DNA of 64,000 nucleotides from Phoronis australis (lineage: Eukaryota; Animalia; Phoronida), in the NCBI GenBank assembly GCA_002633005.1, contig NMRA01000045.1, positions 291,456-355,455 on the forward strand. The letters are read 5' to 3'. Position numbers and translations under genes: made by a program. Positions 53,432 to 64,000 of this stretch are shown here, piece by piece; position 1 is the first letter of the stretch; each line of letters opens with the position of its first letter. The notes under the pieces were generated by a model. That model saw only the letters and a program-made list of their open reading frames with translations, searched no databases and was not told the DNA's origin.

Positions 53432-53712
53432 CATTGCTAAACCGCGGTCTCTGAGGCCGTCGTTGCACTCAATGTTATCATCGATCTTAATCTAAAAGGT
53501 CGGGGATTCGCGTTTCCTATTAGCACAGGGCGGTAATCACCAATCGTCAAAAGTAGGGGATGGGCGCTTAACCGAGAGGTGGGCGCTTAATTGGAAATCT
53601 TCAAAAATAGCAGGGGGGCGGTTAACCGAGCAGTGGGCGGTTAAATCGAAAATCCACCTAAAGTAGGGGTGGGCGGTTAACTGAGCATGGGCGTTAACCC
53701 GAACGATTACGG
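53432..53712. mobile_element. End of a TA-targeting (Tc1/mariner/pogo-type) MITE, truncated by the N at 53431
   Basis: Ends ...AACCCGAACGATTACGG followed by TA; six GGGCG(C/G)TTAA-like subterminal repeats; empty TA site at 53317-53318. Confidence 0.75.
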
Positions 53713-53723
53713 TACAATACTGA

Positions 53724-53845
53724 GGCATTGGTCGGTTATAGCGGTCCCTGATTTAGAGAACCAGGCAATCACTGAAAAACAGGCTCATTATTTAGTGGAT
53801 GAAACTGATTCTCTAAATCAGGGACCGATATATCCAACCAGTGCC
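53724..53845. mobile_element. ~120-bp palindromic MITE-like element (partial second copy 53328-53430)
   Basis: ~40-bp imperfect inverted arms ggcattggtcggttatagcggtccctgatttagagaaccag / ctgattctctaaatcagggaccgatatatccaaccagtgcc; no TSD seen. Confidence 0.7.
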
Positions 53846-54799
53846 CAAAACTGACATCTTCTTACTAACAGAAAGGATCTGACACTTTTTTGCAGTTTCG
53901 AACACAAAACAAGGTTACAAAACATAGGTAATCTTGACATTGTTTCCAGTACAAACAAAACAAGAAAAGAGATTGTGTTTCAATTCATTTTCTTGTTTTT
54001 TGTTGTCAAATCAGCAAAAAAATGGCATAACATTCATGTATACATACAGAAACCAAAGATCAAAAGCACAAACAATGATTTGTACACGCTTATTTTGACA
54101 AACCAGTCTTACAATTTTTGAGACACATCTTAAACTAAGCTCTTAAGAAATTGAAAAATACAGTCTATTCACTACCAGCACAAATTCGCCATTATGCTAG
54201 AAAATGAGATTTTGTGTTCACACTGCAATGGTTCTGCGAGTTTGGAACACGTGTGCTTCAGGTTTGCAATGTTAGAACTGATGTTAGAACGAGGCATTGT
54301 GACCTTAATATTAAAGCACAACAATCATTTTTCCAAACATTTTTGCAGTGCAAGTAATGAATAGAATAAATACATCACCTTCCAAGGCGTCCTGTTTATT
54401 GTATCAATAATCAAACACCGCAGACAAGATAAACATTTTAAAAGTCATAGATAAAAATCAGAAATACAAAATGATTTTGTATTTATTCAAAAGCAAAACA
54501 TCATGTGTCAGGGACTGAAACTGATATTCGTCTTTAGCAGTATAAATGTCACAAGTGAAACAAAATTAGTGTTTAGGAAAGCACCAAGCGTCACCGGATG
54601 TAAACTGCACGCATCGTGAATCATATGAATCACGACTGATGAGTTGCGCAAAAACAAAGACGCAGTCAAGAAAGTACAAATAAAAGAGAATTTTTTGAAG
54701 AACGTTTCGAAACTTTTCACTCTATGCTTTTTAAGGTGCATGAGACATTCCATATTCACAAAGTAACTAGTGTTTTCATGAACCCAGTGCATATGAAGG

Positions 54800-55115
54800 A
54801 AGATTTACGAACCTCAGCAAAGCACATCACTGCGACCAGCCGCCATTTCGAGATTTCCTAAGTTTTTCGCCCACACTCTCATATACAGAATAATTTGTTC
54901 TAAAAAGATGTAATAAAGTTGCTTAAAGTAAAATTTTACTGTTTTTTTTTACTAATTTTATAATAATTATGATTATTTGGATTCATAGGGTACTTTTAGT
55001 AATCCGTATGTTATATTAGATGCTGCAAGTTTGGAGATTACCGAAATCCCGTGCTCCTGACGTCATTCATGTAAACAGGAAGCTGTTTATATTTGATCGA
55101 AGTGAAGAGGTGAGG
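54800..55115. promoter_or_regulatory. Probable bidirectional promoter for CSDE1 and CHMP2A with non-coding first exons
   Basis: YY1-like GCCGCCATTT at ~54839-54848, perfect CRE TGACGTCA at 55058-55065, ETS-like CAGGAAG at ~55077, plus-strand donor GAG|GTGAGG at 55110. Both genes have an acceptor just upstream of their ATG. Confidence 0.5.
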
Positions 55116-55374
55116 TTCTCTGTGGATTTAGTAAATCTTCTATTAAGTAAGTTCAGCGAGTTTTATTTTCCTGTTTTTTGTCATAGAGAGCTATATTTTG
55201 TTCTAGTTTCATATTTGACTTCTGTTTGGAAAGTTCTTGTATTATCATTCACTTGCCAATGAATTGAAACATGAAAGCTGCTATCTCTTACTCTGTGCTG
55301 AATGGGTGAGTGTAGCCAGCTAACTGTATGAAGCCTGTCGTCAAAATACAGCTAGGTACCACTGTGTGTATTTC

Positions 55375-57130
55375 TTCCATAGACCCCGAAATTCCGAAAT
55401 TGCACACAGCCATGGTAGTCCTGCTCGTCACCGCGCCGTGAAACATGTAAAGCTAAAGACCGGATGGGGCGCATGCAAAATCTGGGAATCAACCAACACT
55501 CACCTTGTCCGTTACAGCCGTTTAAGTGAAAAACAATGCAATAAACGTCATTTTCTTGTGTAACTCTCCACCTTTAGTAACAATGAAAAGTTTGTCGTCG
55601 TTTTGAAAACAATACGCTTGTGTCACGTGTACGCGCCATTTCCTAATTTTTTGTGACACCTCTCGGGAGATGATGATGATTTCTTCTGAAATTTGGTTTT
55701 TCGGTATCAAAACTCTAAATACTTATACTGAAGTGAATCGAGTTCCGGTAATTTGTTGTGACGTGTATGCAACCTCGTGAAAGCAGAACAGTTGATTGAT
55801 CGACGAAAAAAGAAACTGGCCAATAGATGACGCAATATTTCATGGCGCCGAAAACCGTCACTAAAGATCATTCCACAACTTTAGCAGCAGAATAACAGCA
55901 GAACGCCACTTTTGCCAACACCGTTAAATAATTTAGTTTACTCAAGGAAGACTGTAGTTTTTAATGACACTAATTTTGTGTTAGATTTTTTCTTGTCACT
56001 TTTTTACCCACCTAGGTGCAAAGCTAATTTATATACAGCTTAGTACCAAGGCTACTAGTAGGATGAGTATAGCCTTGGTGCAAAGCTGTATAAATACACA
56101 ACATTGCACCGATGTGGATAAAATCCGACCAATTAAAGTCTGACACAAAACTAGCGTTACTGAAAACTACATTCTTCCTTAAGTAAACTAAATTACATCG
56201 GTTCTTGTGGATGTGCTCCTGGTGAACCATGTCAACCTCTGGCGTTGGTCTCTAACACTGACTGGTTAACAGATAATTACTGAATTACTTGTCAGCTGAA
56301 TGGTTAACATGCGTGCTGGTTTTATCAGTGTTAGTGGTTCGACAACTTCGATTCCTTGGTTGGGTAATTTTGGCAGTTACTACATGGTTTTAGAAAATTT
56401 GGCATTCCATCTGTGTTATGCCTCTAAAGTTGTGACTTTTGCTGCCATGAAATAGCAACATTTATTTGCCAGTTTCTTTTTTGACAATTTTTCAATCAAC
56501 TGTTCTTGTTCCACTAGGTTGTGTACATGTCACAACAAATTCAGAACTTCATTGTAAGTTTTAACTTATTTTAATGGCTGACTCGTCAGCAAAGTATTTA
56601 ACCAATAGTTTAATTGAATTATCTGAGTCAGACTGTGAATATAGTTTTTTCTTTGTGAGAAGTCAGTTTTGTCTCGTAACAATGTTATGTAATACTTTGT
56701 GTGGTGAATATAAAAAATAACCTAGTTTGGCCAAAAACGTTGTCAGGTGTCATCTATTGACTAAAGAGGTCACTGTCGAGTGAATAGTCACGTTGTATTT
56801 TAACACCAGCATACCAAATTTCAGTGCAAAATTTGCTGCTGTGAAGCTGTCCTTATCTCCGGAAGGATGTCACCAAAAATACCAAACAGCGTGTGTGCAT
56901 GTCACGAGCGTAATATTTAGACAATGACAATAGACATGTCTTTCATGGTTACAAAGCGATGAAGAATTATGGAATCAAAAGATGTTCACTTAAATTGATG
57001 CAACGGGAGAGATGCGTGTTGGTTGACTCACAGATTTTACGTGCACCCCGTCAGTCATTAGCTCTACACGTTGATATAAGTTTCATGATGGGGTGACAAA
57101 TAGATGTGTGTGAAATTTTGAGGTCTGGTG
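55375..57130. mobile_element. Old, degraded long-inverted-repeat element
   Basis: 55740-55900 is the approximate reverse complement of 56410-56545, and 55380-55705 of 56810-57130 (e.g. aaaatctgggaatcaaccaacac / gtgttggttgactcacagatttt). Confidence 0.65.
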
Positions 57131-58373
57131 GAGCTTAGCACGCAGTATTTCTTAGCTGTATTTTAGCACTAGTCTTCATGCAGCTACTGTGGCTCTGGCT
57201 ATGCAACTGTAGTGTAACCTTGGAGCAAAGCCGAATGTACTTTGACGTTAGTTTTCATGCTGCTAGCTGGTTGGCTATGCTAAATGGTAAGTAATAAGTT
57301 GTCATTACTCCATTATCACTAGCCAAATTTAGAGGTTCCTTGATACCTGATAGGTGTTTCTAGATTGGGCTAGTTGAGGGGCATATGATGTAGCTTTGCC
57401 CAAATACTTAGTATAGGCATAAAAGAATTCCCCCATGTCCCCTCCTATCCCCCCTCCCCATCCCAATTGCCAACTATTTTTCTTCCCCGGTTGCACCCGT
57501 TCCACCCCTTCCTTGGTTCGTCACGGCGTTTTCCCGTTGCTCCCAACTTGTTCGATTCTATAGCCCAACAACAAGTTGGGAAGATTACCCCTGTATCCAA
57601 TATCTTACACGACTGATTAACTCCATTCTGGTATTCATGGTTGGAGGGCCAACTCTCTTTTGTTCAATTAGTGCTCTAATCTTCAATAAGATCGTATCTA
57701 GCCTGACTGGGCTGTGCTGCTAAAAACAAAAGTTAAGTTATAACATATTTGAACATAAACCAATAGCATTTCTGAAATCCTCATCAAATGGTGATCATGT
57801 TTAGTTTTTGAATTGCCAAAATTGCCCAACTGCAACCGAAGTTACGATAATCTATTCTTTCCGAATGTACCAATTCACTCTGGGTTTGACAGTGTTCACA
57901 CGTGGTCTGTAATAAGCCTGGTAGATAATTGGCGTGCCTGTTGTCATAATAGACAAAAGGCTGTGCTTGGCAGTTAACAAAGAAGCTAGATGTTATCACA
58001 CGCTCAGGACCCCCTTCGTCTGGTAAAGTTACTGAACGGGAAAACGCTGTCATGTGTCACTGATTTCACCATCCTTCTTATATATCTTTCCTATGTTTTT
58101 CCATTTGATGATCCATTACCATATTTTTTCTTGTTTTCCTGAATCTGGAAGAGACAATTTTCTGCACCCAACCCCCCTCCTAATCCAATTTCACTCCAGT
58201 TTTAAGTGATTGTCTGTTTTGTACAATCAAAGACCGTTATATTCACTTGATGCCATTGAGTTTTGAATAAAAATCGTGTGAGCCACCAAAATCAAACTTA
58301 ACCTTCGTCAATCACCTCATTTCACACACCCAACATTATATGCCCATATCTATCTGTTTCAGAAGCACACATC

Positions 58374-58541
58374 ATGGAGTGGTTATTTGGGAAAAAGAAG
58401 ACTCCTGAGCAGATGCTGAGACAGAACCAGAGGGCGCTCAACAAAGCCATGAGAGATCTGGATAGGGAACGAACGAAAATGGAGAGTCAAGAAAAGAAGA
58501 TCATTGCCGATATAAAGAAAATGGCTAAACAGGGCCAAATG
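58374..58541 (+). CDS. CHMP2A: CHMP2A first coding exon, duplicate (other haplotype)
   Basis: Same peptide as 60933-61100; 56810-59093 is repeated at 59374-61651 across the N gap. Confidence 0.8.
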
Positions 58542-59093
58542 GTACAGTTTTCGGGATCAGTTTTCCATCCCTTTCCACATGTATATCAAGAACTTCGTAA
58601 GAAATTTTTGCAACAAATACTGTCACATAATTATAACCTTGATTACTTTTCTGAGCAAGGAATGTTAATGAGCCAAAGTGTAGTTGTGAGTATTTACTGT
58701 GGTATTGTAATGCCTAAAGTAGCCAACCTTGCTCACGCTTTTCACATTGAAACCTTTATGCGTTGACCACAGATCTGACTGTGCAAGTGAACTTGGGTAT
58801 CTTTAAGAGGTGGACTTCAAGTACATAAATGGAGACCTCTAACAATGAAGATCTTGAGTTGTTTGTTGTTCTTAAAGTCTCACACAGTGCCGTATTTGAA
58901 AGCCATTGTGTTTGTTTTATGTTTTGTGCTGGAACACTTTGGTTTCGTTCTTTTTAATACAAAGGTTTGGCATTTCGACTATCACATGGTACAACCGTGA
59001 ACTGAATGGAGTCCACTGATTACTTCAACAGGACGATTCACCACCAGTAGCTTCATTCATTTGAGTTTGTTGTTTGTGACTTTGGTTTGACCT

Positions 59094-59373
59094 NNNNNNN
59101 NNNNNNNNNNNNNNNNNNNNNNNNNNNNNNNNNNNNNNNNNNNNNNNNNNNNNNNNNNNNNNNNNNNNNNNNNNNNNNNNNNNNNNNNNNNNNNNNNNNN
59201 NNNNNNNNNNNNNNNNNNNNNNNNNNNNNNNNNNNNNNNNNNNNNNNNNNNNNNNNNNNNNNNNNNNNNNNNNNNNNNNNNNNNNNNNNNNNNNNNNNNN
59301 NNNNNNNNNNNNNNNNNNNNNNNNNNNNNNNNNNNNNNNNNNNNNNNNNNNNNNNNNNNNNNNNNNNNNNNNN
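59094..59373. other. Assembly gap (280 N) between two overlapping haplotype copies
   Basis: N-run whose left and right flanks repeat the same ~2.3 kb. Confidence 0.95.
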
Positions 59374-60932
59374 CATACCAAATTTCAGTGCAAAATTTGC
59401 TGCTGTGAAGCTGTCCTTATCTCTGGAAGGATGTCACCAAAACTACCAAACAGCGTGTGTGCATGTCATGAGCGTAATGTTTAGACAATGACTATAGACA
59501 TTTCTTTCATGGTTACAAAGCGGTGAAGAATTATGGAAGCAAATGATGTTCACTTAAATTGATGCAACGGGAGAGATGCGTGTTGGTTGACTCACAGTTT
59601 TTATGTGCACCCCGTCAGTCATTAGCTTTACACGTTGATATAATTTTCATGATGGGGTGACAAATAGATGTGTGTGAAATTTTGAGGTCTGGTGGAGCTT
59701 AGCACGCAATATTTCTTAGCTGTATTTTGGCACTAGTCTTCATGCAGCTACTGTGGCTCTCTGGCTTTGCAACTGTAGTGTAACCTTGGGGCAAAGCCGA
59801 ATGTACTTTGACGTTAGTTTTCATGGCAGCTAGCTGGTTGGCTATGCTAAATGGTAAGTAATAAGTTGTCATTACTCCATTATCACTAGCCAAATTTAGG
59901 GGTTCCTTGATACCCGATAGGTGTTTCTGGATTGAGCTAGTTGAGGGGCATATGATGTAGCTTTGCCCAAATACTTAGTATAGGTATAAAAGAATTCCCC
60001 CACGTCCCCTCCTATCCCCCCACTCCCCATCCCAATTGCCAACTATTTTTCTTCCCCGGTTGCACCCGTTCCACCCCTTCCTTGGTTCGTCACGACGTTT
60101 TCCCGTTGCTCCCAACTTGTTCGATTCTATAGCCCAACAACAAGTTGGGAAGATTACCCCTGTATCCAATATCTTACACGACTGATTAACTCCATTCTGG
60201 CATTCATGGTTGGAGGGCCAACTCTCTTTTGTTCGATTAGTGCTCTAATCTTCAATAAGATCGTATCTAGCCTGACTGGGCTGTGCTGCTAAAAATAAAA
60301 GTTGAGTTATAACATATTTGAACATAAACCAATAGCATTTCTGAAATCCTCGTCAAATGGTGATCATGTTTAGTTTTGAATTGCCAAAATTGCCCAACTG
60401 CAACCGAAGTTACGATAATCTATTCTTTCCGAATGTACCAACTCACTCTGGGTTTGACAGTATTCACACGTGTTCGGTAATAAGCCTGGTAGATAATTGG
60501 CATGCCTGTTGTTATAATAGACAAAAGATTGTGCTTGGCAGTTAACCAAGAAGGTAGATGTTATCACACGCTCAGAACCCCCTTTGTCTGGTAAAGTCAC
60601 TGAACGCTGTCATGTGTCACTGATTTCACCATCCTTCTTATATATCTTTCCTATGTTTTTCCATTTGATGATCCGTTACCATATTTTTCTTGTTTTCCTG
60701 AATCTGGAAGAGAGAATTTTGTGCACCCAGCCCCCCTCCTTATCCAATTTCACTCCAGTTTTAAGTGATTGTCTGTTTCGTAAAATTAAAGTACGTTATA
60801 TTCACTTGATGCCATTGAGTTTTGAATAAAAATCGTGTGAGCCACCAAAATCAAACTTAACCTTCGTCAATCGCCTCATTTCAAACACCCTACATTATTT
60901 GCCCATATCTATCTGTTTCAGAAGCACACATC

Positions 60933-63900
60933 ATGGAGTGGTTATTTGGGAAAAAGAAGACTCCTGAGCAGATGCTGAGACAGAACCAGAGGGCGCTCAA
61001 CAAAGCCATGAGAGATCTCGATAGGGAACGAACGAAAATGGAGAGTCAAGAAAAGAAGATCATCGCCGATATAAAGAAAATGGCTAAACAGGGTCAAATG
61101 GTACAGTTTTCGGGATCAGTTTTCCATCCCTTTCCACATGTATGTCAAGAACTTCGCAAGAAATTTTTTCAACAAATACTGTCACATAATTATTACCTTG
61201 ATTACTTTTCTGAGCAAGGAATGTTAATTAGCCAAAGTTTAGTTGTGAGTATTTACTGTGGTATTGTAATGCCTAAAGTAGCCAACCTTGGTCACGCTAT
61301 TCCCATTGAAACCTTTATACATTGACCACAGATCTGACTGTGCAAGTGAACTTGGGCATCTTTAAGAGGTGGACTTAAGTGCATAAATGGAGACCTCTAA
61401 CAATGAAGACCTTGAGTTGTTTGTTGTTCTTAAAGTCCCACACAGTGCCGTATTTGAAAGCCATTGTGTTTGTTTTATGTTTTGTGCTGGAACACTTTGT
61501 TTTCGTTCTTTTTAATACAAAGGTTTGGCATTTCGACTATCACATGGTACAACCGTGAACTGAATGGAGTCCACTGATTACTTCAACAGGACGATTCACC
61601 ACCAGTAGCTTCATTCATTTGAGTTTGTTGTTTGTGACTTTGGTTTGACCTTATTAGCTCTGTATATGACGTATGTTTTATAAATGGTTTATGCTACATT
61701 TTAACGTTTTCAAATAAGTAATTAAAGTTTTGAGTAGTTGCCTTGGAGGAACCTTTCAGAGATAAAATGCTGCAATGATCAGGGGCAGATCCAGGATTTT
61801 GAGTTAGGGGGTGGCAGGGCAGAGTATTAGCCAGGATTTTGCCCGTCAGACATTCGCACCCCCAAACTACCAAATGGTATCCAGGAAAATTTTAGGGGGG
61901 CCATGGCCCCCGAGGCCCCCTTCTAAATCCGTCATTGATGATTCTTTAGCATCAATTTCTGAATTCTAGGATGCTGTTAAAATCATGGCTAAAGATCTGG
62001 TTCGTACAAGACGATACGTTAAGAAGTTCATCTTAATGAGGGCCAACATACAAGCAGTTGCCTTAAAAGTCCAGACTCTGCGCTCCACCAACGCTATGGC
62101 AGAAGCAATGAAGGGAGTAACAAAGGCCATGCAAAAAATGAACAGACAGGTAACGTCATCTGCCGTTTGTTGTTTGTTTCAATCAGGTGGCGCTATGTAA
62201 TGATAGTCTTATCCATTTGACTTTTTTATCGTAACATTGTGGCTGACAATTGAGTTCATGCATTTGTTACGGTACTTTTCAGTAAATATGCACTAAAATT
62301 TTTGACGGTGTGTCATTTTCCAACTTTTCAGTGAAGCCTGTACCTTGCCACAAATTATAAAAATTTTATTGTGCATCCAGTGCAGACTGTGATATGAGTG
62401 AAGCAGTAAGAATTTTCAATGTTTATATTTATTGGGAAATTTGAAAAAGTGAAAGTCATATTGAGTGCTACATCAGGGGTCAAAATGCCATACTTCAAAC
62501 TAAGGTACAATTAGAGTGAAGCATTTAATTATTAAACCACATATGACACCTTTGTGCCAATCACAGTGTTACCATAGAAACTGAGATGTGTCAACTTGCC
62601 TTGTTTCATGACTCGATGGCAAAATTAAAACATTCGACTCTTGCAATTGTGTGAAACAGGATGTCCCAAGGTAATAGTCGTATTACCTAAACAACCCTCA
62701 GTATACTTCAAATGCTCCTTTCCGTATATTGTCAGCCAAGCAAGTAAAGAATTTCAATAAGTGTCTCAACTGTGTCATATTGCTCTCACAAAACACATGT
62801 CATCTGCCAAGAAGGTTTGTGTAGAAATTTCTTGAAATCTGATTTGTTTCATCATTGACAAATTTGCGATCTTGTTACATCACATGTAACATTGAATTCA
62901 AATCTGTTCATTTTTCCCTTATTGTTTCTATTAAATACCTAAATTTTGCTTTATTTGTATAGACAGTGACTGCATAGAAAAATAGTGCACCTGTCTTCTG
63001 TCAAACATACCAACTCTTGATCAAGGAGTCGGACCACTGCTTTACTCTCAGCTTGTTCCTCAGTCATATCACATGTGATTTCTTCCTTTAGGCCTGATTG
63101 TTATGGCTCAATAAATTAACGAGATCGGTCCTTAAGCCAACTTATTGAACCAGGTATTTGTTCAATGAAAAGGGGCTTAAGGTTTAAGTCAGAATTTTAG
63201 CCTTACGCTCCACACACGTCATCTAATTTGAAAAATAATTAAATCTCACTTTAGAAAAATCTCTGAGAATATACCCATTGCTTCTAGTTACTGAGGTAAT
63301 TTGTATGAATTATTTCTGTGTTGTGACATGCTAATAATTGACCTTGCGAAATGTCGACAAACAAACAGTAAATTTTACCCAGCAACGAGTTATTTGTCTG
63401 GTAAAATGGCGGCTTGGAAACGAAGGTGTATCAATAATGCTGTGTTCTGATTGGTCACTTAAGCAGTCACTCAAAGTCCTGGCGATAGGTCAGTTACTTG
63501 GCTAAACCTTTATCCAGTTTCCGAAGTTGCAGCGCGATCCCAAATCTCTGTCTTGATTCGTAAGTCACTTTTTGTGAAACAGACAACAGCCAGCTCTTTC
63601 TATGTTTAGCTGCACTTCAAATCTGAGTTATGAACAAGCCAAAATGTTATTGTGATGTTGGTCTATAATGGGTGGGTCCATTGAGATGTATTGAAAGTCT
63701 ACAAAACTACTGTATGAAAAATGTCTCCATGTCGTAAATACATCTACCCGTGTTTACTGGTCAGTCAAACGGTTTCATTCAGACTACCCTTTTGCTGACT
63801 GTCGTCTTTGTTGTAGCTTAAACTGCCAGAAATTCAGAAGATCATGATGGAGTTTGAAAAACAGTCGGAGATTATGGAAATGAAAGAAGAAATGATGAAC

Positions 63901-64000
63901 GATGCCGTGGACGACGTCATGGGTGATGAAGAAGATGAAGAAGAAGGTGACGCCATCGTCACACAAGTTTTAGATGAGCTGGGATTGCAGTTAGGTGATC
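60933..64000 (+). CDS. CHMP2A: Charged multivesicular body protein 2a (ESCRT-III, Vps2), 3'-truncated by the window end
   Basis: Exons 60933-61100, 61970-62149, 63817->64000: MEWLFGKKKTPEQMLRQNQRALNKAMRDLDRER...QGQM / DAVKIMAKDLVRTRRYVKKFILMRANIQAV... / LKLPEIQKIMMEFEKQSEIMEMKEEMMNDA. Confidence 0.96.
61780..61937. mobile_element. 158-bp MITE with CAGGGGCAGATCCAG terminus and apparent 5-bp TSD
   Basis: CAGGGGCAGATCCAG ... GGCCCCC...CTAAATCCGTCATTG (imperfect TIR), with ATGAT on both sides. Confidence 0.65.

Noticed and set aside
59025-59491. ORFs spanning the poly-X stretch
   Set aside because: Artefacts of the N gap.
56810-61651. Two CHMP2A genes or the 130-aa ORFs as full proteins
   Set aside because: Copies flank an N gap, and the ORFs read through the donor after ...QGQM into intron.

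Overview
AT-rich, intron-rich animal genomic DNA, probably a marine invertebrate (taxon is an inference). Five genes alternate in orientation: the 3' part of POLQ (+, 13 exons), an uncharacterised gene with one coding exon encoding a helical/ARM-like region plus a MYND zinc finger (-), a complete TFIP11 (+, 16 coding exons), a complete CSDE1/UNR (-, 16 coding exons) and the 5' part of CHMP2A (+). Six local 'tandem duplications' are each split exactly by an N or N-run (17976, 24973, 42077, 49269, 53431, 59094-59373). They are best read as two haplotypes scaffolded side by side, which exposes several presence/absence transposon insertions and a VNTR. The most interesting signals are a 664-bp foldback element with a perfect 8-bp TSD and a visible empty site, an 86-bp minisatellite derived from a TFIP11 exon/intron junction that creates repeated AG-15nt-GT cassettes, the MYND gene, and a perfect 28-bp hairpin next to an amplified SINE head. 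I see no clear evidence for a novel multi-gene system. All exon boundaries were read by eye.
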